A stretch of DNA of 64,000 nucleotides from contig JAKIMF020000001.1 in NCBI GenBank assembly GCA_022605425.2, positions 62,001 to 126,000 of the forward strand, written 5' to 3'. Of this stretch, positions 11,957 to 24,097 are shown one piece after another (positions within the stretch are counted from its first letter, which is position 1; every line of letters starts with the position of its first letter). The notes beneath the pieces were generated by a model, which made no database searches, was not told where the DNA came from, and saw only the letters and a list, made by a program, of their open reading frames with translations. Made by a program: the position numbers and the translations under genes. Origin of the DNA: Hamiltosporidium tvaerminnensis FI-OER-3-3 (lineage: Eukaryota > Fungi > Microsporidia).

Positions 11957-12318
11957 AAAGAATTTTATGTGAGATAATTTGTTTTTTTAAGATATAAATT
12001 TTGTTTTTTAAGGATATAAAATTGGTTCTTTAGTGATATAAATTTTGTTACTCAGTAGTACTAACTTAGTCTTTCAGGATACAAATTTAGGATTTTAAGA
12101 TTTAATTTTATGTCTCGGTAACACAAATTTATACTTTTAGTATTAAAACTTTATTTCTTATTTTCTTGATTTTATAAAATTTCATATAAAGATTAAAATT
12201 ATTAAGTTAGAAATACAAATTTATTTCTTATTTTTATATTCTCTTTCCTCCACCCTTTCGCCTCTCTTCCTTCTAAAAAAAATTCTATTCCCATCCCCAA
12301 TTTCAAGTAAAATAAATT

Positions 12319-12585
12319 TTATTTTTTTTCTTTCTTTTTCAACCCAAAGAATATTAACAATGAATTTTCATATTCTTCATTTCTTAAAAAAAACCATAAA
12401 AAATACAAAAAAAAGACAAAAAAAATTAAAATTTTTCTCAAATTTTTTCTTTCAATCATATAACCAACACCCAACATTAAAATCATAATAAACAGATTTG
12501 GTTCTATAAAATACTGAATATAACCTAAAATTAACAGTAAAACCAATTCAACCAAAAGTTTCAAATTATTCTTCAATTTTGACAT
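12319..12585 (-). CDS. Small multi-pass membrane protein (88 aa), unknown function
   Basis: ATG start after an A-rich leader; about three hydrophobic segments; Lys-rich C-terminus (KKKEKK). Low complexity, so it could be spurious. Confidence 0.45.
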   Translation of the reverse strand: MSKLKNNLKLLVELVLLLILGYIQYFIEPNLFIMILMLGVGYMIERKNLRKILIFFVFFLYFLWFFLRNEEYENSLLIFFGLKKKEKK

Positions 12586-12697
12586 TTTTTTATTAAAAAA
12601 TTTTAATATTTAAATAAAATAAATTTTTTTATCTTTGTCACTCCTTTATTAAATAAATATTTTTATCTTCAGAAAAATAAAATTTAAAAAAAAATAA

Positions 12698-13417
12698 TTT
12701 ATTTAAAAGTATCACATCTTTTTAAAACAGTGGCAAGTGTTATATTTGTTTTCATGATATTAACGCAGTTCTAGGTTTAACATAAATGACTACTACCCCA
12801 ACACTCCATCGGTAACCCCTGCGATACCTACGTCCCAAAGCCTTTCATCAAGAAGATGAGTAGAATATAATTAATAGGCGAGGCAGTTGCCCGGAGTTCG
12901 TTAATGTTCGTTGCATGGAGTTTGATCGAAAACCCGAAGCCCCCCCAAGACTATGCAGCATTCCCACTTACTCTACACTTTCTGAACCCAATAAACTTCT
13001 AGCTAAGATATGTTTCACAGACACTTATGGGGTCCACCTAGACAGTGCAATGTCATACCAACAGGTATAACCTGCTACTTGGCTCTCCCGGCTTTTAATG
13101 GGTTTTATTTTTATATATCCCAGGGGCTAAGTCTTCTAACCCGAGTGAGCAAGGCTAGGTTTCCATGCTTTTACATGGCAATTACCTACATGTTCAGCTG
13201 CGGTCTACAATCTGGTTACATAAAAAACTACAAATAAATTTGTAGAAAAAGTTTCGCTATTTCCTATACCTCTATTACTCATACAACCTCCCATAGAATA
13301 ACCGAAGATATAGTGTGGTTGTATTTCCACCAAAAATCCAAACAATGATCTTCACGCCAGTTTCACACACTCATTGCCAAGCAGAAAGTTTTTTATGTGG
13401 TTATCCTCCCTCCACTT
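12698..13417 (-). mobile_element. Long SINE-like family copy B, directly downstream of the retrotransposon 3' end
   Basis: Reverse complement of copy A over its full length; flanked by TTTAAAAAAAAATAA at 12683-12697 and 13417-13431. Confidence 0.88.
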
Positions 13418-13480
13418 TTAAAAAAAAATAAAATAAAAAAAAAAATAAAATAAAAAAAAAATAAAATAAAAAAAAAAAAT
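13418..13480. repeat. A-rich (AAAAT-type) tract between SINE B and the retrotransposon 3' end
   Basis: A-runs punctuated by TAAAAT; same character as 17291-17413. Confidence 0.85.
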
Positions 13481-16400
13481 TTTTATTTAATAAAATTCTG
13501 GGTTAAAATATTTTTTACCATTTTTTACATGTTTTCTTCTACCTCTTTAACCACTTTTGTCTCTTCTTCCAAATCCGACTCTTCATTTATGTTATTGGTC
13601 GGTTCCTCTAAAGTGGTTCCTCCTTGTAAAATAAAGGGGGCTTTATATTTTGGTTTAAAATTTTTGGCACCATCTTCCTCTGTTTTCGCTTCTTTTAAAG
13701 GGGGTATTGGTTCCTCATGCATCTCTGATCTCATAATAACACCCATTGACGCTCTCTCCCAGCTCTCTTCGGCATTTAGTCCTGACTCAAGTCCTCTTCG
13801 TCGATCAAAGGAAATAGTTTCGACTGTCTTTTTAAGTACTATAGACTGAATGTATGCTTCTACATTCATGGGTATTTCTAGTCTTTTAAGATGAGATTTA
13901 TGGTATTTTGTCACAATACCGTCCCAGGTCATCACATAAGGGATTATCTCAACACTACACTTATAAATAAGGCCCAACTCATTGGCTAGCAGGTCATACT
14001 TCCTAAGTTTTTCAGTTTCAACTATTTGAAGTGAATCTTGGGAAGTGATTCCTACTTCAATGAGTGTTATCTTATTCTTCTTCTTATCTAAAATAAATAT
14101 GTCTGGTCTGTTATTCCGAATTTTAACATCAGTTTTAATTCTGGTGTCCACTCTTATCTCTGCATACTCATTATCAAGAATTTCTTGAACTGAGTGGCTC
14201 CTTATTCGTTTTGAAGACTTAAAATTATATCTATTTAGAAGGAGAAGGTGTAGGCATCTAACCACTTCATTATGCCGTCTAGTGTAATCATGGCCTAGCA
14301 TTTTTTCACATCTAGTTGCTAGATGATCCACAGTCTTACCAGACTTCCCGCAATGTTGACACACACCATCTGCTCCCCAGAATACATTTCTATCCTGGAT
14401 ATAGCAGAACACAGCTTCATTTCGTGGCCTAATATTTCCTCTCTTTAGCCATCTTGAAGAGTCACTAACACTCACAAGCTCATTTTTCCTTGCATTATAT
14501 AACTTTGAATGGAGTTTTCGTTTTTCTATTTCGTTATATAGTTTTGCAAGTTGAGCTTCTTCTAAACTTTTCTTAGTGACTTCTTCTGCCAACCTGTACT
14601 TTACTTTTAAGAAGCCTTTTATTAGTGCAAGATGGGTTTTATTATTATTCTCCACCTTGAGGATTGCTGCTCGTCTAGTTGATATTTCTTTACTTTTTTC
14701 CAGACAATCCAAGAGTTGCAGAAGCATATGTTCGCTTCGCAACTCAACACTATGTAGGCCTCTTCCAAGTTCTGTTCTAGGAAGATACAACCGCTCTTTA
14801 CATCCTGGGCGGAGATGTATCTTATTTTTAACCAACACCGCACGCACTGCATCATCTAACTTAGAGAAGTCAGCTGGTTCAAGTCGAAGTACTCCTATGT
14901 GGTAGTTGATTAACGATATCGCATGTTGATTGATTGCAGAAAATAAATTTTTTGCATTTAATCTAGTGTGACAAAGTCTTTCAACTCTTGATATAAGTTT
15001 GCTCTGTACTTCTTCAAATGAGCTACGTGTTGGGATTCCTCTGCTATCTTCTATTATTCCTAAATATTTGTAAACACTAACACCTTCTAGAAGAGTAGCA
15101 GTATCTTCACAACACGTATCATTTGTGGCTGACTTCTCTTTGTTGATCTCTAAGCCAATCACCTCTAAAAATTCCTTTGCCTCGCCTGTCATAGCACTCA
15201 ATGTGGAGCTGTCTTTTGCAAGGAGCTTAAGATCATCAATAAACAAGAGATGATTAGTAGAATGGGATTCTGCATCTGTTTGTACTGTCACTTTTGTGTA
15301 TTTTTCATTAAGCTTTCGGCTTAATGGATCCATACACAACACAAACAACAATGGTGACAAACTATCTCCTTGCAGAATCCCTCTATCAATCTTCTTGCTC
15401 ATGATTTTTTCAGGCCCTACTGATATATCAATTTTCCATTTTGATATAATTACCTTAATAAATTTCAGGATCCAATCAGGTAGATTAAGGTTTTCAATGC
15501 ATTGAGTTAAATAAGCATGATCTATTGAATCATAAGCTTTTTTAACATCAATCCATGTTGCCTTAAGATTGTTTCCGTACTCTTTATTTCAGCGCAATAT
15601 TCAGTAGAGCCTGCTCTTTCGCTCCCTGCACACCTCTTACCGCCCCTAATTGGTTCTCTGCAAGCAACCCTCGCCTTTCCACTTCAAGTTGAACGACCTT
15701 TGTTACACACTTTGTCGTTAACTTATAGAGGTTGGACATACAAGTGATTGGCCTGTAGTCAGAGCCTCTTCGTGGAATTCCTTTCGGTATCAAATACGTA
15801 AGCCCGCAGTAAAACCAATCAGCTTGAGGTGTTCCTTCTAAACATATAACTTTCACAATATCATAAATATATTTGTGAAGAGTTGTAAGTTTCTTAATGA
15901 AAAAATTGTAAATACCATCAATTCCAGCAGCTTTCCAATTAGGGAGCCAATTAATGATATTCACAAATTCATCAAGTGAAGGAAACGTGGTCGGATGATT
16001 ATCTGATACAAATGGAATCAAATAATCATCGTACGTGACTGTGTCATCATTTTTGTTCCACATTGTAGACCAAAAACTCACAATTTCATCACGGCTAACC
16101 ACATGCTCGGATTCCAAACGCTCAGATAACCCACGATAAAATCGACCTCGGAAAAGCTCAAACATACGATTCTCTTTTCGGAATTGCTTCCTACTTTCAT
16201 GCATCGTAATTTTTTTCTCGTAAACATTCAAAGACTCATTCTTCTTAACTAAAGCCTCAGAAAGATCAGTTACGCTGCTCAAGTTTAAATTAAACTCTCG
16301 CATGATTTTCTTAAGGCTCTTCGTTTCCGAAGTGGAGAGCTTTTCCTGCTTACGAGCCTTCTCGAGAAGATCTTTGGAAAGTACTAACTTAGAAATTTTA

Positions 16401-17291
16401 CTTTCTATGTTTTCCTTCCAAGCGGATCTAGGCTTTTCTTTGCGTGTTGCCTCGTCATAGCATACCTGCGCAGCTTGCATGATATACGCGGCTTCCGTAA
16501 TTGACTCAGGTACATGAGCTCCTGCATATTCACCGACTACTCGATTAATGAGATCCAGAACTTTACTATCAACCAATTCATTTGGATGTTTTCTAGTTCG
16601 GACCACTACTTTTCCAATTTCGTTCTCAGAGATTTCTTTGATTTTACTCAAGAATTTATCTCTCAGGTTTATGTACTCCGTGGTGTCGGTCAAGGTGCAT
16701 GTATCAGCGAGACAAGTGGCGATTCTACGTCGCTCTCCATTCTCTTCTGATTTTACATCCTTTCCCATCTCACTTTGTGCCAATTTTTTTAACACTTCGA
16801 GAGTTTCAGTGCAGCCGAATTTCTCATTATAGTACCTGTGAAGCTCTGTCCAGCCATTTCTTGGCATTCTTTCAAACCTTGTCTGTACTGCAAAAAAAAC
16901 AATTCGAGGCCATTCCTTCGGGTCGGCTGTTACGGAATCGAATATCGTCCGCAATGCCATTAGCCTGTTACCTTCCGGAATAGCTAGAGTACAGGGGCTT
17001 GTCATGTCGTACGATGGCTCGCACGCAGAGACTTCAACCGAAGAGGGAACTGGTGCATTAGGCGAAGGTAAGGTGTCAAGCCCACTATTTTGCATTTTAC
17101 TGCATGTTTGGCTTGGTGGTGGAGGTTTTATTGTTGTGTAGGAGGAGGAAGGTAGGGGAATCGCCGGTGGGTGTAGCTTACATTTTTGTATCTCACTATC
17201 ACTCTTTTTCACCTCATCAGCGTCGTTTGCAGCCTTTATTTTGGTATTATTCGATATTTCGCTGCTAACATTTTTCTTTCTACCCATCCAT
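13480..17291 (-). mobile_element. Near full-length non-LTR retrotransposon, RLE type, R4/Dong-like
   Basis: Single RT-RLE reading frame, almost no 5' UTR, ~45-nt 3' UTR ending CCCAGAATTTTATTAAATAAAA, T-rich tracts on both sides (element strand); GC content visibly above background. Confidence 0.93.
13525..17287 (-). CDS. Reverse transcriptase/restriction-like endonuclease polyprotein (~1253 aa if one frameshift at ~15587-15589 is corrected)
   Basis: WKAAGIDGIYNFFIK, YRPITCMSNLYK, ENQLG, WIDVKKAYDS (after the frameshift), GILQGDSLSPLLF, HLLFIDDLKL (YxDD equivalent), YKYLG, RLYLPRTELGRGL, CQHC..TVDHLATRC zinc knuckle, RHN, RPDIFILD..LIEVG..EKLRKY. Removing one A from CTG-AAA-TAA-AG joins the two ORF-track ORFs as ...ALNKEYGNNL... 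Confidence 0.92.
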
Positions 17292-17413
17292 AAAAAAAAA
17301 AAAAAAAAAAAAAAAATAAAAAAAAAAAAATAAAATTTAAAAAAAAATAAAATAAAAAAAAAAATAAAATTTAAAAAAAAATAAAATAAAAAAAATAAAA
17401 TAAAAAAAATAAA
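17291..17413. repeat. A-rich tract at the retrotransposon 5' flank
   Basis: A-runs with TAAAAT/TAAAATTT interruptions; 17326-17350 is identical to 12673-12697. Confidence 0.85.
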
Positions 17414-17606
17414 GAGAAACAAAAGGAAGGATATTAATTTTAATAAAAGGTATTAGAGAAATAAGAAGAGTTGAAGAATACAAAGCAGAGAAATTTATAA
17501 AATAAAAAATAAATTAATAAAAATATAAAATAAGAAGAAATAAACCCTAACCCTAACAAATACAACAATAATACAAAATACAAGAATAAAATAAATTAAA
17601 TTTATT

Positions 17607-18260
17607 TTATATGGCTTTTGCCAAATTACTAGAAAACTCTTCCAAACTACCCTTATCACGTATAATACTAACATGCAATCCTTTCGAAATAAGTTTTCCT
17701 TCGTCTTTAAGTTTTTCAAATTCTTCTTTTTTAATTTCTGTAAATCCAAACTTACAACTTTCTTTAATTTCATGTTTTCCAGGGAATTTATGCATGGCAC
17801 GTTTTAAAGCAACAAATGCATGATTTTTTAAATTTTCTTTTGTTCGAATACTGATGAGTGGTTGACCGAAATCTACACGGGCTACTCTTCCGTAGGGCTT
17901 ACCAAAAGAACCACGCATACCTGTTTGTAACCGATCTGCACCTGCACAACTCAACATTTTATTTATACGTATTACGTGATAAGGATGTATGTTTATACGA
18001 AGATGAAAATTATCTTTACCTGCATGTTTAGCCATGTACTTGTTAGCAGCTATACGTGCTGCTTCTAAGGCTTCTGAGGATATTTGTTCGCGTTCACGGG
18101 ACAAAAGATGGATTGAGGCTGGAAAATCTAAGACTGGAGCTGCTCTTCTTCCTAAATCGAATATCATTATTTTAGAGTCCGGTACACCTCTACAGTAACG
18201 AGATTTTATGTAGGGTTTGTTTTTACAGTATCTGTAACATCTGCCTGGTCTTCTTCCCAT
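17607..18260 (-). CDS. RPL10: 60S ribosomal protein L10 (uL16)
   Basis: [60 protein letters not shown]; CCCTCA precedes the ATG. Confidence 0.98.
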   Translation of the reverse strand: MGRRPGRCYRYCKNKPYIKSRYCRGVPDSKIMIFDLGRRAAPVLDFPASIHLLSREREQISSEALEAARIAANKYMAKHAGKDNFHLRINIHPYHVIRINKMLSCAGADRLQTGMRGSFGKPYGRVARVDFGQPLISIRTKENLKNHAFVALKRAMHKFPGKHEIKESCKFGFTEIKKEEFEKLKDEGKLISKGLHVSIIRDKGSLEEFSSNLAKAI

Positions 18261-18860
18261 TGAGGGTTTGAAAAAAATAAAAAATTTATTTTGGAAAAAG
18301 AAAATATTTGGAAAAATAAAAAATCTAGGAGAAGAAGGGATTAGAAAAGGAAACAGAAAAGGTTTTTTGTAAGAAAATATTGGTTTAGAAAATGGATTAT
18401 TAGTAGGGTTTTAGAAGGGAAATAAAATTTGAAAAAAAAATTACCGATGAATTTTAAATGTGAAATTTTAAAGAAGAAATTACATGTTGTTGATAAAAAA
18501 AAATCAAAAAGTTTAAAAAAGCTAATAACTGAATCAATGAATAAAAACTTATATCGTATCAATATTTACTAGCAGATTAGTTAAAATAGTATATTTATGT
18601 TTGAGTTTGATGCTTATAATTCAAATATAAAAAGTTGAAGTGAATTGTAAATTATTTTTTTAATTTATATAATTACGATGAATAGAATATTTGAAACGTT
18701 TTATAGGAAAATTTTGCTATAATTATGTAAAAAGAGATGAGATTTATTCTTTAATTAAGGAAAATATGACTTGCACAGGTGTATAAAATATAGATATTGG
18801 TTAAGTAATTTCTACATATAATTAAGTTGGTGATTTTAATATTTATTTTGGTTTCTATAT

Positions 18861-19579
18861 TTTTTAGAAGTATCACATCTTTTTAAAACAGTGGCAAGTG
18901 TTATATTTGTTTTTATGACATTAACGCAGTTCTAGGTTTAACATAAATGACTGCTACCCCAACACTCCATCGGTAACCCCTGCGATACCTACGTCCCAAA
19001 GCCTTTCATTAAGAAGATGAGTAGAATATAATTAATAGGCGAGGCAGTTGCCCGGAGTTCGTTAATGTTCGTTGCATGGAGTTTGATCGAAAATCCGAAG
19101 CCCCCCCCCAAGACTATGCAGCATTCCCACTTACTCTACACTTTCTGAACCCAATAAACTTCTAGCTAAGATATATTTTAGAGATTTACATGGAGTCCAC
19201 CTAGACAGTGCAATGCAATAAAACAAGTATAACCTCCTACTTAGCTTTCCTGACTTTTAATGGTTTTTATTTTTATATCTTCCGGGTCCTAACCTAAGTC
19301 TTCTGACCCGAGTGAGCAAGGCTAGGTTTCTATGCTTTTACATGGAAATTACCTACAAGTTCAGCTGAGGTCTGCAATCTGGTTACGTAAAAAACTACAA
19401 ATCAATTTGTAGAAATAGTTTCGCCAGCTCGAGATCCCTCCTTCTCATATAAACTTCCATAAAACAACCGAAGATGTAATATGGTTTTATTTCCACTAAA
19501 AATACAAGCAATGATCTTCACACTAATTTCACATAATCATTATTAAGCAGAAAGTTTGTTTGGTTATCCTCCCTTTACT
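18861..19579 (-). mobile_element. Long SINE-like family copy C
   Basis: Full-length match to copy B (aagtatcacatctttttaaaacagtggc...ggttatcctcc), more diverged in the element's 5' third; no clear TSD. Confidence 0.88.
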
Positions 19580-20620
19580 CCTAAGTTATATAATTAATAT
19601 TTTTAATATATCAAGTCTGTGTTGAACAATAGGATTAAATGACCTTGCGTAAATTATGAATTTCAAATTAAGAGTCCGGAAAGTTACATAATTATTGGGG
19701 TTATTAACCGGTCGGGCCACATAAGAAACAGTTTTTTCGAAGAAAAAAATTCCTCACATATTTTTAAATTAAAGAAAAAGACTAAGCCCTATAAACCACG
19801 AAGAAGAAGCAGAAATAGCATGCCTTCTTAAAATTTAAAACCAAAAAGATTAAATCTCTAATAATATGTTTTTATATAAATGCTTTGAGCTTTTAACATA
19901 TTATTTTTAAGAGAGCTCAGAAATTAGATATTTTTGACTAAAATCATACGCGTAAAAGCCCGAAAAAGGCACCGTAATAAATTAATGACAGATGAATTAT
20001 ATTCTGGAGTATAAATTTGAGATATTGCAACTACATATCTCATTTTTTGCTGTAAATAAAATAGAGTCTGATAATAAGGTGTAAATATTGTTTAATATAT
20101 AAGAAGCTGTGATAAACATGCGAGTGCAAAATTACTTGTGAATAAAGAGAATTGAAGCCTAGAAGTATTTCAGATACTTGCTTTGTAGTATTTATTAAAA
20201 ACTTTTGAGATCTTTCTAAAATTTTAAATGAATCTAAAAAAATGACTAAAAATGGTTTATAAAAAAATCATTGTTAAGGAGCCCTCTGATGACCTGTATA
20301 AATTCATATTATTATCAACTCATTTGATACATCTGTGACTAAAAAAGTTGAACTTTTTAAAAATTTAGTTTGCCTAAATTTTAGTTATAATTTCTATTAT
20401 ATTTAGAATACTGCCATATTTTTCTAGAAGGTAGCTAAGTTTGAAATACGTCTCTACAAAGAAGATCGTATTTTGTTCATAGTTCTTATGTCATGAATAT
20501 ATTTGTTAAGTTTAAATCTGAAAGACATGTGTTTAGATATTTTTTATATCCTGGTACCTCTTATTGGTTTGAATATGATGTAAATCGGTAAATTTCTAGA
20601 AAATATATTCATTTTTCGAT

Positions 20621-21364
20621 CATGGGTCTCCAAATCACGGCTTAGATACAATTTTCATCTGGCCCGTGGCCAAATTTTTTTGCCTGTTACGATTTTTTTT
20701 TAAATTAGAAAAAGTAAAAAAATATAGATTCATTATAGAAAAATAATTGCAATTATAATTATTAAAGCATGAATATGCAATCCAAAGAGGATTCATAGAG
20801 TTTTTATTATTTTTTACTATAAATTATTTTTTTATTGTTTTATACTAAAAAATCAAAATGAAATTACAAAAAATATTTTGCATTTTATCTATGAGATTGA
20901 TTTAGTTTGAATTCTTCGGTAATAATTTGTTTAGATCATGGGTTTTATCTACTAGTATAAATCACCATTAACAACTTTAGATTCTTGTCCGTTTATTTAG
21001 AACTGTAAATTTTTTTTGAATTCTTCAGCTTTGAGAATGCTTTTGGCACAAATAGGTGATAGAGCTGAAAGCGGAAAAAAAGCCTTGAGAAAATTTACGT
21101 TCGTTATAAAACTGCACGACTGAAAGACTCTTATAAAATTAAGCAATTCATTTTTATAACTTAACATAGAAGTTTTGTCAATATAGATGTTTATTTTTCG
21201 GAACATCTATATGAAACTTTGAAAATTTGATTTAAAAATATTTATAGTCAAAGTCTTAGAAATATTTTTCACCATTGTGACATAAAAAGTAATGAGTTCT
21301 TGGCCCATGAGATTTTTTTTAGAAGTAGTTTGAGCCCGCGAGACAAAAAATTAGAGACAAGTTG
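20621..21364 (-). mobile_element. Internally deleted hAT element (SPIN/GTF2IRD2-like C-terminal relic) with imperfect TIRs
   Basis: Ends CATGGGTCTCCAA and TTAGAGACAAGTTG; subterminal GGCCCG/GCCCGCG motifs at both ends. The minus strand at ~21085-20890 reads ITYLCQKAFSKLK...TDKNLKLLM...DLNKLL, resembling the hAT dimerization domain. Confidence 0.6.
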
Positions 21365-21668
21365 TCTTTAAGATACAAAAAATACTTATGTTGCATCTTT
21401 GTATCAATAATAGACATACACAATTGAGTTTAGGTTCTATCAAGCTTGGATTTCATTAATTATTTTCTTAACGAGATTAATTTGATTAAGATTGAAAGAA
21501 GTCTGGAATATAAACTATTAGACTAGCTTTAAATTTCAAACGCATTATTTTAATATAAAACTAATGAATTACATAAATTTAAATCCTAAGAAAAATAGAG
21601 ATGAAAATAAAAATGAGTTTAAATCGAATTAAATAATTATAAGAAGATAGCAAAAAATTTCAGATAAT

Positions 21669-23402
21669 TTATCCAGAGAAAACTCTAAACCAATTTCTTA
21701 GATTATGAAAACATATTCTATGAAAAGCCAACTTAAGAATTTGTTGTAAACAACACGCAGAAAATTGAAGCAGCTCGTCAATCTTAAATTCCTTTTCATA
21801 CCCACTTTTTTTACTATAAAGAACGCAAGTTTCTTCGCTTCCTTCTAAAAAAATTTTAATAGCCTCGAACTGAAAAACTATAAACTCATATTTGCCACCG
21901 CAAAGTTTCTTTATAGTTCCTATTTTAATGATATATTCCGATAATCTGATATATAGTTCCAAGATGCTTCTTTTTACAGTTTCATCAATGTTTTGAAAAA
22001 AAAAATCGGTATATCTTTTCTTATTAGCGACTGATGGTAGTTTATGTAAAATACATATCATCATTGCGTCGAGATTGAGGAATATACTCTTAATTAAATT
22101 TTCGTTCATTAAGAATATAACATCATTCAAAATATTTAATTTGTGATAATAAAACAAGGAGTTATCACCTAGCCTATTGCCTACAAAACCATAATAGATC
22201 GTTTTTTCAAGCGTGTACATTAAAGAATAGATTAAATTATGTTCGATCGATAATACAAAGATCTTTATAACTTTCATAAAACATTTTTTTAAATGTTGTT
22301 TTTTCTTCAAATACCATCGACGTTCTTCATGGTGATTAAATTTATCTTCATTTTTGGATTCTTGATTATTATATCTCTGTTGAATTTTATCTACAATTGG
22401 ATTGTTTAAAAGTAATTTTAAATTCAAAATAGCCTTAAAATAATCGCCATTTTTCAGTCGAATAGAATCAATTTCTTCTTTAAGTCTAAATTCGAAAGAT
22501 ATAAATTCTGGTAATATAAAAAATATATAATTGTTTTTTTTGTCTAAAATTTCCAAAATTGTCTTCTTCCAATTCGTAATAAAATTCGATGAATAAAGTC
22601 GATCCCAGTCTGGTAAACAGAATAAAGGTGATATAGGGTTGACTGAATAAATACATATCTTGGCTTCATAATCACGGTACTCCAATTTTAGTTTTTTGTA
22701 ATCATGTTCAAAATTTTCGACCGAATTTAATTTTTCTACTTCTATATTCATCTGAAAAATAATATTTGCGAATTCTAAATCAGTGAACACAGTAAAGATA
22801 AAATCGGGATTCTGATTATCTTGTTCCCTATAAATACTTTCTAAACTACCAAAATGCTCATTTTCTAGCAAAAAGAACCTGTAAATTTTGTATATTAGAA
22901 TCAAACATTTTTTAATATTCAAATATAAATTTTCTACATCGACAAAATCAGTAAGTATCTCTTCATGCATATATTTAAAACTAAAAGCAGTTGTTTTTTT
23001 GTTTTCATAGAGATTCTTTTTAAGGACTTCAAAACTACAATAAACCTGATATTCGTATTTCGATAAAATATATGTATAACGTTCGATATTTGAGATTGTC
23101 AAATATTCATAGTGTAATTCAAAATCTTTTAGAACTTCATCTAACCTAAATTTTATTTTTTCCCTTAGAGGCATATCGTTCTTCAATCGCCTGGAATGAA
23201 TATCTTTAATGGGTTTTTTTGAAGCAAAAGAACCATCAAATCTTGCCATTGTATTTTCAGTATTTGGTATACACATAGGCTTCCATTCGCTAATATCGGT
23301 ATTCTCAATAGTTTCTACATCAATATTTTCATCCTCTGATTCAATAAACGAAGCGTTTGAACTTAAGCCGAAAAGAAGCAACAATATAAAACCCAACAAC
23401 AT
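21669..23402 (-). CDS. Hypothetical secreted protein (577 aa)
   Basis: Long ORF; signal-peptide-like MLLGFILLLLFGLSSNA followed by an acidic stretch; no recognisable domain. Confidence 0.82.
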   Translation of the reverse strand: MLLGFILLLLFGLSSNASFIESEDENIDVETIENTDISEWKPMCIPNTENTMARFDGSFASKKPIKDIHSRRLKNDMPLREKIKFRLDEVLKDFELHYEYLTISNIERYTYILSKYEYQVYCSFEVLKKNLYENKKTTAFSFKYMHEEILTDFVDVENLYLNIKKCLILIYKIYRFFLLENEHFGSLESIYREQDNQNPDFIFTVFTDLEFANIIFQMNIEVEKLNSVENFEHDYKKLKLEYRDYEAKICIYSVNPISPLFCLPDWDRLYSSNFITNWKKTILEILDKKNNYIFFILPEFISFEFRLKEEIDSIRLKNGDYFKAILNLKLLLNNPIVDKIQQRYNNQESKNEDKFNHHEERRWYLKKKQHLKKCFMKVIKIFVLSIEHNLIYSLMYTLEKTIYYGFVGNRLGDNSLFYYHKLNILNDVIFLMNENLIKSIFLNLDAMMICILHKLPSVANKKRYTDFFFQNIDETVKRSILELYIRLSEYIIKIGTIKKLCGGKYEFIVFQFEAIKIFLEGSEETCVLYSKKSGYEKEFKIDELLQFSACCLQQILKLAFHRICFHNLRNWFRVFSG

Positions 23403-24097
23403 AATTTACGAAGGAATCCATTTAATCAAATATATTAAGTAAGATATTAACAAATCAAAATATTTTTATCTTAGCAGTTAAACTGGCTTTAAATTGTTCT
23501 TTATACAATACAGAACACCTATTATATTCTTTTTTTAATTAAAAAGATTTTAATCTCAGATATAATTTATAAAAATTTTGATGTTTTTGTAAACTCTGGT
23601 AAATTATTTAATTAGGTTCGGGCAAGTAATTTAGAATATTAAGTAAAATAATGACTTCTACTTTGAGTTACACTTCCATGAAAATATTGAAATTCTTTAG
23701 TTTTTTAGATATTTCTAGGAGCTATGAGTTTACATGATACACTAATATGACCACCAATAATCTTCTGCATCATTCTATGACATAATACAAAATCATTTTG
23801 ATATATTTTTCAGTTTTTACAGATTGTTCAACTAACTTGGTTTTTCTTCATATTAGATATATCCAGAATATATAGTTTAAATTTTGCCGAAAAAGGACTA
23901 TTTTATGTTTAAATAACATTTTAGTTCCCAATATGGTTTTTAAGATTAATTAAGCCACAAATATACATTTTAAATACAATTATTTCGTTTGAATTTTATG
24001 ATATTTGGGCAATAGCTATTCAAATATAATCTTTATACACTCTGTAAACCATTTTTAGATCCATTTTTCGGTTTTATTTTTGTAATTTTCTCATCAT

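Noticed and set aside
13010-13237. Short ORFs inside SINE copies (also 40842-41132, 49017-49217, 60539-60748, 10717-11055)
   Set aside because: Frames, strands and stops differ between copies; no conserved coding frame.
13529-16983. Plus-strand ORFs overlapping the retrotransposon, and similar antisense ORFs over other genes
   Set aside because: Antisense shadows of real coding frames with no independent motifs.
17288-17422. Phe-rich N-terminal extension of the 612-aa ORF
   Set aside because: It is translation of the T-rich flank from a non-ATG start; the real start is probably the ATG at 17287.
17543-17557. AACCCTAACCCTAAC telomere-like sequence
   Set aside because: Only about two units, in the RPL10 3' region; insufficient for an interstitial telomere call.
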